Assembly: GCA_951406725.2 (NCBI GenBank)
Contig: OX597823.1
Span: 8,432,001 to 8,496,000, forward strand
Length of the DNA stretch: 64,000 bases
Source: Octopus vulgaris
Taxonomy: Eukaryota
Reading direction: 5' to 3'
Position 1 is the stretch's first letter, and the number at the start of each line of letters is the position of its first letter. The notes beneath the pieces were generated by a model. That model saw nothing but the letters and a program-made list of their open reading frames with translations. It did not search any database and was not told the origin of the DNA. Position numbers and translations under genes: made by a program. Below, one piece after another: positions 27,978 to 42,124 of the stretch.

Positions 27978-28018
<41 letters not shown>

Positions 28019-28114
28019 ACAGCAACAGTAGTAGCGGCAGTAGTAGTAGTAGTAGTTTTTCTAAAAGTAACAGAATAACCATCATTATGATTATCTTTTG
28101 CCTTAGCAGTAATA

Positions 28115-28243
28115 TATTTCTCTACTACCCACAAGGGGCTAAACAACAGAGGGGACAAACAAGGACAGACAAACGGGTTAAGTCGATTACATCGACCTCC
28201 AGTGCGTAACTGGTACTTAATTTATCGACCCCGAAAGGATGAA
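28115..28243 (-). mobile_element. SINE family A, 5'-truncated
   Basis: CTACCCACAAGGGGCTAAAC...CCCCGAAAGGATGAA. Confidence 0.85.
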
Positions 28244-28680
28244 TAGCAGAGGTACTAGCAGTAATAGTGGCGGTAAAGATGCTATTGTAGATGTAGAGGG
28301 TATAGTTGATGGTATAGCAGTGGTAGCTAGTATGGAGTATGATGTGGTGGTGTGTTGGTGTATAGTGGTGGTGTGTGTGTGTTTGTGTGTGGTGTTGTGA
28401 TGTTGTCGGCGTATGTTGATAAGTAATGTGCGGCGGTAGTATAATAATGGTATGATTGTGAGGTAGTGATGGTGGGGGTGGGGGTGGTGAAGTGGTAGGG
28501 AGTGGTAGTGTGGTATAGTACAGCGTGCTGTACGTAATAGTGTGAGGTGGTACGGCGGCGTGTATATGTGTGTGTGTGACGGTGGTGAATAATGGTGTGT
28601 GTGGTGTTGTATGCTATGCGATGTTGCTAGTGAATGGTGGAGCTGCAATATATTGCGGTGTGGTAGCATGTCATGGAGTG

Positions 28681-28957
28681 GGGGAGGCACATAGCCTAGT
28701 GGTTAGAGCAGCGAACTCACGGTCGAGGGATCGCGGGTTCGAATCTCAGACCGGGCGATGTGTGTGTTTATGAGCGAAACACCTAAGCTCCACGCGGATC
28801 CGGCAGAAGGTAATGGCGAAACTTCTGCTGACTCTTTCGCCACAGCTTTCTCTCTCCCTTTTCATCCTGCATCTTGCAGCTCACCTGCGATGGACCGGCG
28901 TCCCGTCCAGGTGGGGAACCTATACGCCAAGAAACCGGGAAACTGGCCCTTATGAGC
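28681..28957 (+). mobile_element. SINE family C (tRNA-derived head)
   Basis: GGAGGCACATAGCCTAGTGGTTAGAGCAGC..GGGTTCGAATCTC carries A/B boxes. Other copies at 38430, 43335 and 52366. Confidence 0.9.
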
Positions 28958-29128
28958 GTTTTTGCTTTCGCTTTGGCTCATGTGTGATATCTAATGGCGA
29001 AAGTTTAAAGATGAAATGGTATGTGGCAGTTTATGTCGCTATATGAGGATAAACTGATGTGTGTCGTGACTATATATGATGTTTTTGATGTTGTGTGGTG
29101 ATCGGTTGTTATTTTTATGCTGTGTATG

Positions 29129-29539
29129 CTCTTTTACTCTTTTACTTGTTTCAGTCATTTGACTGTGGCCATGCTAAAGCACCGCCTTTAGTCGAGCAAA
29201 TCGACCCAAGGACTTATTCTTTGTAAGCCTAGTACTTATTCTATCGGTCTCTTTTTGCCGAACCGCTAAGTTACGGGGACGTAAACACACTAGCATCGGT
29301 TGTCAAGCGATGTTGGGGGGGGGGTCAAACACAGACACACACACACATATATATATGTATATATACACATATATACGACAGGCTTCTTTCAGTTTCTGTC
29401 TACGAAATCCAGTCACAAGGCCTTGGTCGGACCGAGGCTATAGTAGAAGACACTTGCCCAAGATGCCATGCAGTGGGATTGAACCCGGAACCATATGGTT
29501 CGTAAGCAAGCTGCTTACCACACACCCACTCCTACGCCT
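29129..29539 (-). mobile_element. SINE family B
   Basis: Reverse complement of the 11826-12316 type. Confidence 0.9.
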
Positions 29540-30152
29540 ATGTTTAATGTCGTGTGGTTTTTGGTTGGTATTGTTTTGTGCAGTATATAGTTGCTGTATT
29601 GTGTGGTATTCGCTTACTGTTGTCATGCAGTATGTATTCCTTGTTACCATTGTTGTTGCATGGTATGTAGTTTTGGTGTTGTTTTCTGGTGCATGGTTGT
29701 TGTTATTGTTGTTGTTGTGGTCGATGTCAATTCAGATTTAGAAATACTCGTTGACTGAATAGATGCGGTCAATTATACAGATATTTTTGCAGCGTTTAGG
29801 TGTGACCCTTAACCGACTATAAACTGTGGTTCATCGAATATATGATTCTGTGTAGTCACAATACAGTATATGATGTTGCTTCCTTTCCAGAGTCCATCAT
29901 GTTCTAGTTGTAACTACAGTGGTGATAGGAAAGCCTATGCCTGCTTTTTTTTCTAAAATGTCGTACAGCTTTTAACATGCTCCTTCGTTTGTTCATATGA
30001 GCACAAACGAGAGGTGAAGAGTGAATCGTCTTCAACCTGAAAAATAATGACAGTAAACACTATAAAGTATTTAGTATGATGAAGAACGTAAATTTCAGGG
30101 AATTTTCAATAAAACTGACAATACAAGTTGATATGATGTTTAAACATTAAAC

Positions 30153-32902
30153 TGTTGTGAGAAAAAGTACGATGCTCTTTGCGAGAGATAGACTGCTCCG
30201 AGTAAAGTATAAACAGTAACGATCGAAGTGAGTTCAAGGTTCACAGTTCGGAGACGAATGAAAGTCGTGTTCTTTTGCAGCGAAGTCGGAAGTTGTCGGT
30301 AGGTTAGTTTACAAGGAATATTAATTGCTGGTTCGTAAAGAGATTTGTTATTTCGTTAAATTGTTTTTATTGTTGTCTGGTTATCTTATTGTACCTAATA
30401 AATTACGTTACAACATCTGGCGACGAGGGTTTCGGAGCCCATATAGGTTATTTAACAACTTGTTCGTGATACGACTTGTTAAATAATGGAAGACCTGTAA
30501 GCTTCCGGAGTATAGTTGCAAAAGCAACAAGAGCAGTAACAAGACTTGCAGAAGCAACTATTACTGTAACAATTACAACAGCAACGATTATTTGCGCTAT
30601 ATTCAAAGAAGACCAAAAAGTTCGATTTGCCAGACGGCTTCGAACTTGATAAATGAATTCAGTTATAACACAGAGGAGGGTATAACTTTTGCTTCATACT
30701 ACAGAAGGCACGAGGAGATTTTTAAACAAGATTGCAACTCATGGTCGGACGAACAAAAAGTGAGATTATGATTGCGAAAATTAGCTCCGTTAGAGCATGA
30801 ACGTTACTGTAATTTCATATTGCCCCAAAAAACAATGAAATTTGTTTTTTAAAGAAACAATAGAATCACTGTCCAACATATTTGGTGATAAAACTTCTCT
30901 ATTTAACACTCGAATGGAGTGTTGAATATAAAGGAAAAAGAGAATGATGATTTTATCACTTACGCAAGAACAATCAACATGTTGTGTGAAAGTTTTAAAC
31001 TCAAAGAACTTACACCTGAGATGTTCAAGTGTCTTATTTTCGCACAAGACCTTACAGCAAGCGAATATACAAATATTGGTCCAACGATTTTTTCTAAGTT
31101 GGAACAAGCATACCAAGATCTAATCTTATAGTCCGTGGCAGAAGAATGCCAAATGATGGTAAACCCGAAACATGATGTAGAAAATATCCAAGTAAAAGAT
31201 TCCACAAAAATACAGATATGCCGACCGGGAAAGTACAACCAAAAACGAGCGCCAAGTTCTAATCCTTGTTATGGATGTGGGGGCATACATTTCAGAAAAG
31301 ACTGTCTATTTAAAAATCAAAAATGTTACAGTTGCAAAAGAATTGGTCACAAGAGTTCACAAGGCAGAACAAAATTATGAAGATCAAATGTTAAAAAGCA
31401 GAAACAAAAATCGACGTCCAAATAAGAAAATTCGTACACCTAAACATATGTGGAATACATATTAAACTTGGATACTTGAAGTCATATTTCATTAATAAAT
31501 ATGAACACATGGAAGAAAATAGGGAAACCTATGTTGAGAAAAACATCGAAATTTGCTCGTAGCGTGACGGGCGACAAATTACATTTCATAGGCGAAATGT
31601 GGACTAATGTTACATTTCGAATGAAAACATGCAAGACGAAAATCTTGGGCGTTAAAAATGCAATCGATCTGTTTGGTAACGATTGGTTAAAAGTATTCGA
31701 TTCATGGCACCTCCCCATAAATCTCTAATGCAAAAAGCGTAAATGGTTGTCCCTCTAAAAATAACTCGTCTGAAGAGTTAAAGAGAAAAATGTAAAAAAA
31801 TGTTCCGCAAGCATTCTCGGACAAACATCTTTACCCTGCCGTACCGACCGAGGTTAAATGGCCTGGTGGAAAGATTTGTCGACATTTTCAAAAGAGTTCT
31901 AATAAAAGCTAGGAACGAACTAGACAAAGACGAAGCATTAACGAAATTTTTGAGAGTATAGAATAACGCCAAATCCAAATACTAATTGAGGAAAGTCACC
32001 AGCAGAGTTAATGTTCAAGTGTAAAATAAAATCGATCTTCGATAAATTATTGCCAGGAAAAAAATATAAAGGAAAGACAGAAAGTACATTGCAAGGAAAT
32101 ATAAGTAATGTTACAAAACATTTCGAAGTAGGAGATAAAGTTCATTTTAATGATTACGAAAATGGTAAAGAAAGTTGGGAGGATGGCTGTATAATAAAAA
32201 GATTAGGTAACATGATGTATTTAATTAAAGGACAACGTTTGGGACATAAGAAGCATCTTAACCAGTTAAAGATGAGACCTACAGAAGAACGAAGGGTAAT
32301 ACCAATGGAGGTCCTCTATGATTTGTTTGACGTGCCAGCACCGAGAGATATTGAACTCCGTAGAACTAGCTTCAGAAAACGACAACAGACTGAACATCTG
32401 GAAGTAATACCTATACGAAAAAGATATTAAACTTTCAAAAAAAAAAAGCAAGAAAAAACAAGAGTGCTAACAAGAGTGCTTAGTGCAAAAAAAGAAAAAC
32501 GTTTTGTGTGCAACGAACTATACTAGCTTAAAAGTCGAATGACAAATAGATACAATAGCTAAAAAAGAGGAAGAGGTGTTGGAAAGATAACAAAATAACA
32601 GAAATTCCACTTTCTGGCAGTAATCGAATTCTCAAAAGAGGAGATGTTGTGATGAGAACTACGACGACCCTTTGCGAGAGGTAGACTGGTCCGAGTAAAG
32701 TATAAATAGTAACAATCCGAGTGAGTTCAAGGTTAAGAGTTCGGAGTCGAGTGAAGTTCGTAATGAATTCAGAAGGTGTCAGTGGGTTGGTTCACAAGGA
32801 ATATTTATTGTTGGTTCGTAAAGAGATTTGTTATTTCGTTACATTGTTTTGACTGTTGTCTGGTTATCTTATTTATTGTACGTAGCAAATTACGTTACAA
32901 CA
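30153..32902 (+). mobile_element. Gypsy/Ty3 LTR retrotransposon, internally deleted (no RT or RNase H), pseudogenised
   Basis: LTRs TGTTGTGA...TTACAACA at 30153-30415 and 32645-32902, 5-bp TSD TAAAC, PBS TGGCGACGAG (30418) and PPT AAAAGAGGAGA. Gag zinc knuckles CYGCGGIHFRKDC and CYSCKRIGH, protease LDT remnant, and integrase C-terminal PYRPRLNGLVERFVDIFK. Confidence 0.93.
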
Positions 32903-34169
32903 TAAACTAATTCAAGGTGTAAACTGAGTAAATGCAGAAAACAGGATACGAAATTATATGAATATTTTCGACGATTTTCCAGCTTTTAAATAAAGCATAA
33001 GGTTTCAGATTCAAAAGTCGTTTCAAATGCTGAATAAACGATAATAAAAGGACGTCGCTTGAAATATAATATTCTTAAAGAGATTCATAAAATATTAATT
33101 TATATATAAATCTGAATTTTGAACATTGAAAAATCTAATAAGAACGTTTCTCGGTTACAGATTTATAGCATATTTAGATTGATTCTTTTCGTATAGAGAT
33201 TAACAGAAACTATATCTAAATATGAAATAATAATTTTGAACTATATACGTGGCATAAGACTAACGGTAATAGTGCTACTTTCATTTTGCAACTCCCAGGA
33301 GTGCAGTAAGCGAAACGTGGTCCATTAAAATTGTTATGTCTACATTGTTATGAATAGGCAATATTATATGCTGAGATTTTATATTGTAACAACAATATGA
33401 GAGAGAGAGAGAGAGATGATAAAAGAGTGAGAGAGAGGGAGAGAGATAGGGGATGAGAAAGAGAGAGAAAGAAATTTAGATCGATAGGTAGATAGACAGT
33501 AAAAAGGCAATACTCAGGCATTAAGAAACTTCGAAACGAAATGGTAGGAAATTAATATAAAGTAATGAAGTGTAAGTAGATGACTAAACACATACTCAGT
33601 TGTATGTGGCAAGGATTAAGGATAAAAGGAAACAAATAGAAAAAACTAGACTAAGAAATGTAGATTATTTGTACGTAAGCCCAGAGCTTTTCTTCGTTAA
33701 AGAAAGAGAAAAAACAACAACATATAATTGTTGTATTCATGCATTTCAAAAGAGATTTAAGAACATAAACCACCGCAATAAAAGACATTATTTCTTTTGA
33801 TCAAGCTTAAGGTCAGCCAAATTTGTAGGAAAATGTTTATAGTCAATAAATTTGATATCAGTATTTTACAGTGATATAATAATCAAATGAATCATTAGGT
33901 GCTGAAAAGCACCAACGAGTTCAAATCGGTAACTGATTCAAATACATTGATCGACTATGTTAATAGTTCCTTCTTAAGAAGTAAGAATAACTTTTGCAGT
34001 TCGTTCGAGGACAGCAACTACATCAGAATTTAATATTTCACTCAATTTATCAGTTCCGCAATGGTGACGAGTAAACACGAGATTTGAATATATAAATAGA
34101 ATTTACTTTAATAATGAATACGTAACACCTATCCTTTTGCAACCGAACCAAGTCCACACAACAACCATT

Positions 34170-34231
<62 letters not shown>

Positions 34232-34234
<3 letters not shown>

Positions 34235-34543
34235 AAATTAGAAAAAAACACCGTTTATCAATTCCAAATGAACAATTAAATTACACCATCTAGAAAATTA
34301 CATATAATAGAAATATTAACATTAAAATAACAAAAAAATTTCAAAGAATAAGTAAATTGCAAAACAAAAATTGATAATAATAACGTATATAAATTGTAGA
34401 ATAACGACACGTATTTCGTGGCTATATTTAAGAAATGATTATAGTGGTAGAGAAATCACTTCGATATAAATATAGTCACTCATCAGGTATTTCTAAATTG
34501 AATTTTTTCCTTGTAAGTTTGGGATTTTATTCCCTCAAATATT

Positions 34544-34547
<4 letters not shown>
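34232..34547 (-). mobile_element. Penelope-type pLTR or retrozyme-like short element bounded by (TA)n on both sides
   Basis: A segment of about 315 bp between (TA)n tracts carries a hammerhead fold. Confidence 0.6.
34400..34491 (-). ncRNA. Type I hammerhead ribozyme with canonical core and long stem II
   Basis: Minus strand: AAUAC-CUGAUGA-GUGACUAUAUUUA..UAAAUAUAGCCAC-GAAA-UACGU-GUC^GUUAUU. Stem II pairs at 12 of 13 positions and has an inner GAAGUGAUU/AAUCAUUUC helix. Stem III is near-palindromic and the triplet is GUC. Confidence 0.75.
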
Positions 34548-34577
<30 letters not shown>

Positions 34578-34617
34578 CATATATCATATTTAGATAAGTG
34601 TATATATATATATATCT

Positions 34618-35175
34618 CAAAGGTAGGGCCGAAAGAACACAACAAGCGGAAATCAACGAAACGCAACGATGAAAAATAGACGATAACATAAACAACAAAG
34701 ATGACAAAAACAAGAAACGCGGATCATTCGCAGCCGATTTCCTCTTCAGTCAGAGTCCAGAAAGTCCTCGCAGTTTCGCACTCATTATCTTTGAGACTGC
34801 TCAAATACGACGAGTGCCAGGGACTTAAGCTAAAAGCAACGTTGCGTTCGTCAATAGACGAAAGACCCTTTCTTTTATTCACTTATCCGTATTCGCATAT
34901 GTATATATTTTTTTCTATTGTATAGCCAAAAGGAGTTCTGTTGTACGTGTATAATTCTAGCTTTTTCGATCTTGTTTCTGTTCTTGTTCTCGTTCTTGTG
35001 CATATTCATTTGCATTTCCCAGGGGCTTGATGCTTTTAGCTTAAGCCCCCGGCACTCGCCAGATTTGAGCAGTCTTGTTTCTGTCCTGTTTGTCGTTTGT
35101 TATGTTATCGTCTATTTTCCCCACATGTTCCGTTTTGTTGATTTCCGCTTGTTGTCTTCTTTCTGCCCTACCTTT
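34618..35175. mobile_element. Degenerate foldback element within (TA)n, Penelope-type inverted arrangement
   Basis: Arms at about 34618-34838 and 35031-35175 (AAGGTAGGGC..ACAACAAGCGGAAATCAAC..GACTGCTCAAAT..CTTAAGCTAAAAGCA and its inverse). The right arm is internally deleted. Confidence 0.7.
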
Positions 35176-35959
35176 GTTTTATATGTGTATATATATATAT
35201 ATATATATTTTAATAGTTATCGCCATACTAATATGGCAGTCTATAAATATAAGACTAAAGCTGTCGCTGATTAGCTCCAAGAGGCCATCGCCTCTAGCTA
35301 GCTATATATATATAAAGTGACAGAGGGTGCTAGTCAGCACTGGCTAGAAATAAGAGTCAAAATAACTCTTAGCTACGCGGGAGTACTTGTATAACAACTG
35401 ACAAGGAAGACAAGCTTTGAAGTGCTCTTATGTTGCTAAGAGTTGTTTTGACTCATATTTCTAACAATGCGTGTGTGACGACAATAGTTAATGCCTTTTG
35501 GTTGTATATTGCGAATAGCCACCTTAATAATTCATAATTCTCACTTCGCCATTTTCGGAATAAATCAGTGTTTCCTATGCTGTTCTCTATAAGACTGACA
35601 AGGTGAGCTAAGTTCTTTAAGCTTCGGCGACGGAGTAATGGATCACTGATGAAGATTAATCAAATGGCTAGTTCTCGCTTCTCTTGTCTCTCTTGTCAGT
35701 CGTCAGTAAAGGCACACTCCATCACTTTAGTGACGTCTATATTGGTTGACGTTTGTAGCCTAATTTCTCAAAGATTGTATTTAGTCACTGTGTTACATTT
35801 CCTAGTGCCCCAGTAATTACAGGTATAAGCCTGAACTTGTAATCTGGATTGGGTAGCTGCAGATGTCTCAATAGTTCAGCGTAGGTATTCTCTTTTACAC
35901 TGAATCTCAGCTTTAAGTTAACATTCGCTGGGCAGCGGATTTCCACAACTGTACACAAT

Positions 35960-36365
<406 letters not shown>

Positions 36366-37001
36366 GTTACACGATGGGCTTTTATACATTTTCGATCTAC
36401 CAAATTCCTTCACAAGGTACTGGCCGATCTGTGACTATAGTAAAAGACACCCAAGTCAGCTTTAATCAAGCTTATTTATTAGTATTGAGGCGTTGTTTTA
36501 CTCCAAGACATGTCTGATCAAACAGACTGTAGTCATAGTTAAAGTTACCGGTGTGACCTTTCTATCTTTTGATGTTTATCACAAAATATATTTTATCTGA
36601 TGCGCCCTTTTGCTATTTTGTTATTTTGCTATTTTTGGCAGAAGGTATAGAAACGAAGTGGTAATGGTAGCGATGGTTGGGCACATGTGTTGGTAGTAAT
36701 AATGACAATGAAAGTGACAGAAATGGTGGTGCTTGTTCATAGTGGTAGTGCTGTTAGTAGATGTTGTTGTTAAGCAACAAGACGGGTAAGGCTGATTAGG
36801 CGATGCTCCAGGGCTTAGGGGCGGGAGACCCCAGACCTTGGAAAAAAAAAAACATTGGTCGTCTTCTTGTAGTCGAGGGCTCTTCGTTGACGCCCGACAC
36901 CACTGGGAGGTGGCCCTCGAAGCCGCTGGAAATGGAGATCTCCAGGTCCAAATTCTCGGACGGCTGCTGTTGGTGGTCGTGGTCGTTGTACTAATCGTGA
37001 G

Positions 37002-37393
37002 GCGGAGGCGCAATGGCCCAGTGGTTAGGGCAGCGGACTCGTGGTCGTAGGATTGCGGTTTCGATTCCCAGACCGGGCGTTGTGAGTGTTTATTGAGCGA
37101 AAACACCTAAAGCTCCACGCGGCTCCGGCAGGGGTTGGTGGTGATCCCTGCTGTACTCTTTCGCCACAACTTTCTCTCACTCTTACTTCCTGTTTCTGTT
37201 GTACCTGTTTTTCAAAGGGCCGGCCTTGTCACTCCCTGTGTCACGCTGAATATCCCCGAGAACTACGTTAAGGGTACACGTGTCTGTGAAGTGCTCAGCC
37301 ACTTACACGTTAATTTCACGAGCAGGCTGTTCCGTTGATTCGGATCAACCGGAACCCTCGTCGTCGTAACCGACGGAGTGCTTCCCTCCCCTT
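37002..37393 (+). mobile_element. SINE family C variant (tail 2) with a 13-bp TSD
   Basis: TSD TACTAATCGTGAG at 36989-37001 and 37394-37406, and a tRNA-like head. Confidence 0.9.
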
Positions 37394-38025
37394 TACTAAT
37401 CGTGAGATAGGTGACTTATAGTGCTCATCATGATACCAGTGGTAATTTTCTTGACTGCATTCAATATAAGATGGTGGTTATTTGTGGCGTAGAATCATAA
37501 CTATAGCAATTTGTTGGTGTAGTTCTGATGAGAAGCATTATCGTAACAGTAGTGGTGGCTGCAGTGTTTTATAGTAGTGGTATTGTGTAGTGTTAACTGT
37601 GACAGCTGCGGTAGCAGCTCCAACAGTAATGGTTGTATCATTGGCTGTCGTGGTGAAGACGGTGGTACATGGTGGTGGTGGTGTAAGTGGTTTGTTATGT
37701 TTCTTCATTACCGTAAACTTGACAGGAGTATCACACATACACATATATACACACGCACACATTAACTTATATACATTCTCACTATTATATACGGAAACGA
37801 ACACATGCACATTCATACACAACCTCTATATACTCGCATATACTCAAATAACACACGCATATATATTGGCGATAAATTGATGTGGATATTTAAAGAGAAA
37901 TGAGAAAGATGAAAGTCGGCATTTATCAAAGGGGGAAAGATTTCCCCACACACATCCTACTTCTGAAGAATTTGTGTGTGAGCTTTTGTGTGTGTGTGTG
38001 CATATATATATATATATATATACAT

Positions 38026-38100
<75 letters not shown>

Positions 38101-38429
38101 AATGCATAAATATATATATGTATGTATGTATATATATATATATGCACACATACATACGTAAACACACACGCATATATACATAGAGAGGAGGAGACTGATA
38201 TAAAGGAATCGAAGGAAAATAAGAAATATGGCCATATTATAGTGTAGTGTTTAGCTAAAATATGGTGAATTACACATACACAACTTTAAACACTCATTAG
38301 AGATTAGCGACTAAAGAATTTCTAATACGCCCAGATAAACACACATATTTATGTATCTATTTATATATGAATGTTAAATTTGTATAAAAAGCTAAACACT
38401 TTGTATGGTTTCTAGCTGTTTGGTTGATT

Positions 38430-38712
38430 GTTGTTTGTTCCTTCTCGAGCCATGCTTGGGTCTTAAGGGCCGGCTTCCCGGTCTCATTGGCGTATAGGCT
38501 CCCCACCTGGACGGGACGCCGGTTCGTCGCAGGTGAGCTGCTAGATGCTGGAGGAAAGATTGAGAGAAAATTGTGGCGAACGAGTCAGCAGAGGCTCGCC
38601 ATTACCTTCTGCCGGAGCCGCGTTTGAGCTTAGTTGTTTTGGCTATAAACACACACATCGCCCGGTCTGAGATTCGAACCCACAATCCGTCGACCGTGCG
38701 TCCGCTGCTTCC
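38430..38712 (-). mobile_element. SINE family C
   Basis: Reverse complement of the 28681 type. Confidence 0.85.
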
Positions 38713-38873
38713 AAGTTTCGTAGTTCTGTTAATATATTAACTGATAGACAGACAGAACAACGGACAGCTATATATAGATACATCGATTTGTGGAATGATT
38801 GATGGATCGATGGAGAGGAGAAAGGAAGGAATGTAGACAAGTAATGTTCATTGTTTAAAAGCATACTTAGTAT

Positions 38874-39189
38874 ATTACGTTTTTGGATTTGGTTTGCGAG
38901 ATTCTTTATATGAGTTCGTGTGTTGAAGCATATTCTGTTGTGTCTGGGGTGAGTCATTCTCTTTTAGTGCCTTATTATTTAACACACTCACCGGTAAAAT
39001 TTCCACTTATTTCTTATTTTTATTTTCTAAAATTTTCGTTCCGTCTTGAAGAGTCAAGACTATTGAAAAGGTTGCAAGACGCAACGAAAATTTTAGAAAA
39101 TAAAAATAAGAAATAAGTGGAAATTTTACCGGTGAGTGTGTTAAATAATAAGGCACTAAAAGAGAATGACTCAACCCAGACACAACAGA
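38874..39189. mobile_element. Penelope-type foldback element with an 11-bp TSD
   Basis: Near-perfect arms at about 38931-39048 and 39075-39192. TSD ATACTTAGTAT at 38863-38873 and 39190-39200. Confidence 0.85.
39060..39096 (+). ncRNA. Minimal hammerhead-like fold, U3-A8 core variant
   Basis: CUA-UUGAAAA-G-GUUGC(AAGAC)GCAAC-GAAA-A-UUU^UAG. Stem I is CUA/UAG, stem II has 5 bp, and stem III is a loopless palindrome. Confidence 0.5.
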
Positions 39190-39462
39190 ATACTTAGTAT
39201 TTATTATAGATTTCATACGTTACGAAACACATTAGAGTCCTATAAAATATTAACACTGAAGTTATAATCTAAAATATTCTTCGTAAGCCGCAGACGACAA
39301 TTCTACGCAAAGTTTTCCGTTGAGTTGAAATGTCGTAATGTAATTTTTCGAAAGTAACACATAATTTATCAGAAACAAACCGTGCTATGGCGCTTTAAGA
39401 GTTTGTCATAAATTGTATACAACCCAAACTATATCAAAGTAACGACAAACTATCATATACTC

Positions 39463-39662
39463 TTGGCAAAAGGACCGAAATTTTTGGGGAGGGGACCTGT
39501 CGATTACATCGCCTCCAGTATGCAACTGGTACTTAATTCATCGACCCCGAAAGGATGGAAGGCAAAGTCGACCTTGGCGGAATTTTAACTCAGAACGTAA
39601 AGACGGGCGAAATATAGCGAAGCATTTCACCCGACATACTAACCTTTCTGCCAGTTTACCAC
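39463..39662 (-). mobile_element. SINE family A variant
   Basis: CCCCGAAAGGATGGAAGGCAAAGTCGACC...TCTGCCAG. Confidence 0.8.
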
Positions 39663-40176
39663 CTTATACTATCATATATATTAACAATGCAATGAGTACA
39701 ACAAGGAGACCATACGGTGCGACAAACTGTAACTAATGAATTACATTAACCTTTAAAAGGAAAGGAAATAATCATGATGTTTCGAATGTTAGTCATTCAG
39801 CGGAAGAAAGATAGAAAAAGAAAAGGAGAGTATACATAGCAACAGATGACGTTTAAAAATGCTACGAGAACATTTTTGATTATGTGCATAGCATTAATCG
39901 TTAGCTAGCAAGGTCAGGGTGGTTATAACTTTCGGAGTTGGAAATATTATCACATATTTCCATAACTTGGCGTAGATTGTTGATATTGATCCAGCACACC
40001 TGCGTTCAAACGAATTGTGATTGTGATCATTCGCTCTTTATTTTATTCGGGCATAATGTATCTATGTAACTGGGACTATAATATTTACTGTGTTTATTTT
40101 TTTCTTTCAAAGGGGTTTTTTGCAGTTGAGAAAAAAGTGTTTGCTATTTAAAGCATAATTTTCTTCCATGGCGTAA

Positions 40177-40908
<732 letters not shown>

Positions 40909-40920
40909 TGTGTAAAAAAC

Positions 40921-41237
40921 ACGACTCTGTCGCTCACGAATGACCATGGATGCACCTAATAAGTTCGCCTCCAGGGTACAAGTCTTGCCGGAAAGTCGCC
41001 TTAGCGGCGAACGTACAATGTCACCCATGCATACCGGCCTCCCCTCTCCACGCCACCGATGTTATCCAGCTTGGCACCAGTGACATCGCAACTCATTTCT
41101 ACAGCTGAGGGGAACTGAAGCAACGTGAAATAAAGTGTCTTGCTGAAGAGCACAACATACAGCCCGGTCCGTGAATCGAACTCACAACCTCACGATCGTA
41201 AGCTCGACGCTCTAACCACTGAGGCATGCGCCTTCAC
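40921..41237 (-). mobile_element. SINE family D
   Basis: Minus-strand head GAAGGCGCATGCCTCAGTGGTTAGAGCGTCGAGC..GAGTTCGATTC. Confidence 0.8.
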
Positions 41238-41879
41238 TGTATGTGTATATACATGTAAGTATATTAATATGCATGTGTTTGTGCGTATGTTCATTGTATT
41301 GTGTTTGTACGCGTGTACATGCCATTTGTGATAGATGAATGGCATACGACGTATGCCTCACATTAATACATTAATCGTATGTGAAACCTATAAAAGGAGC
41401 GCCATGAAATATGCAGTCTATTTATATTGATTGCGTAGAACATCTCGTATCCCCTCCTATGTGTTGGGTATGTAGCACAAAGGTTGCTGAAGCAGCAGCA
41501 ATAATAGTAACGGGGGTATCATGATCCTGGTGATCATCGCCATTGTCAACGTCGTCGTCGTCATCATCATTTTCCAATTTGCATGGCGTAAAGTGTGTCA
41601 CGATGGATCCAAACAATTTGAGTTGCAGGAAAAACAACAATAGAACTATATTCCGCAACCAACAGACACACTTGCCCAGTCCCCGGAAAAAATCAAAATC
41701 ATAAAATGTCTCCATTGCAATTTTATAGCAAAATCTGTTGTACCTGGGCTGAAATTACATTCACGCCTCCATCGCAAATAGATGCATCTTACTGTTCTCT
41801 TTCTCTTTCTCTTTCTCTTACTCTCTTTAACTCTCCCTCAAACACTCATACGTCGAAACTAATAGGAGCGACCATCCTC

Positions 41880-41959
41880 CACCTCCTTCTCCTCTTCCTC
41901 TTCCTCCTCCTCCTCCTCCTTCTTCTCCTCCTCCTCATTTTTATTGTTGTTGTTGATGC

Positions 41960-42021
<62 letters not shown>

Positions 42022-42062
42022 CATCATCATCATCATCATCATCATCATTATTATTATTATTC

Positions 42063-42096
<34 letters not shown>

Positions 42097-42120
42097 CATT
42101 ATTATTATTATTATTATTAT
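41880..42120. repeat. (CCT)n/(TTA)n/(TCA)n trinucleotide compound repeat
   Basis: Direct reading. Confidence 0.95.
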
Positions 42121-42124
42121 GTTT

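Noticed and set aside
28681-28755. tRNA-like sequences at SINE heads
   Set aside because: They have A/B boxes but run into SINE bodies, several with TSDs, and lack a convincing full cloverleaf.
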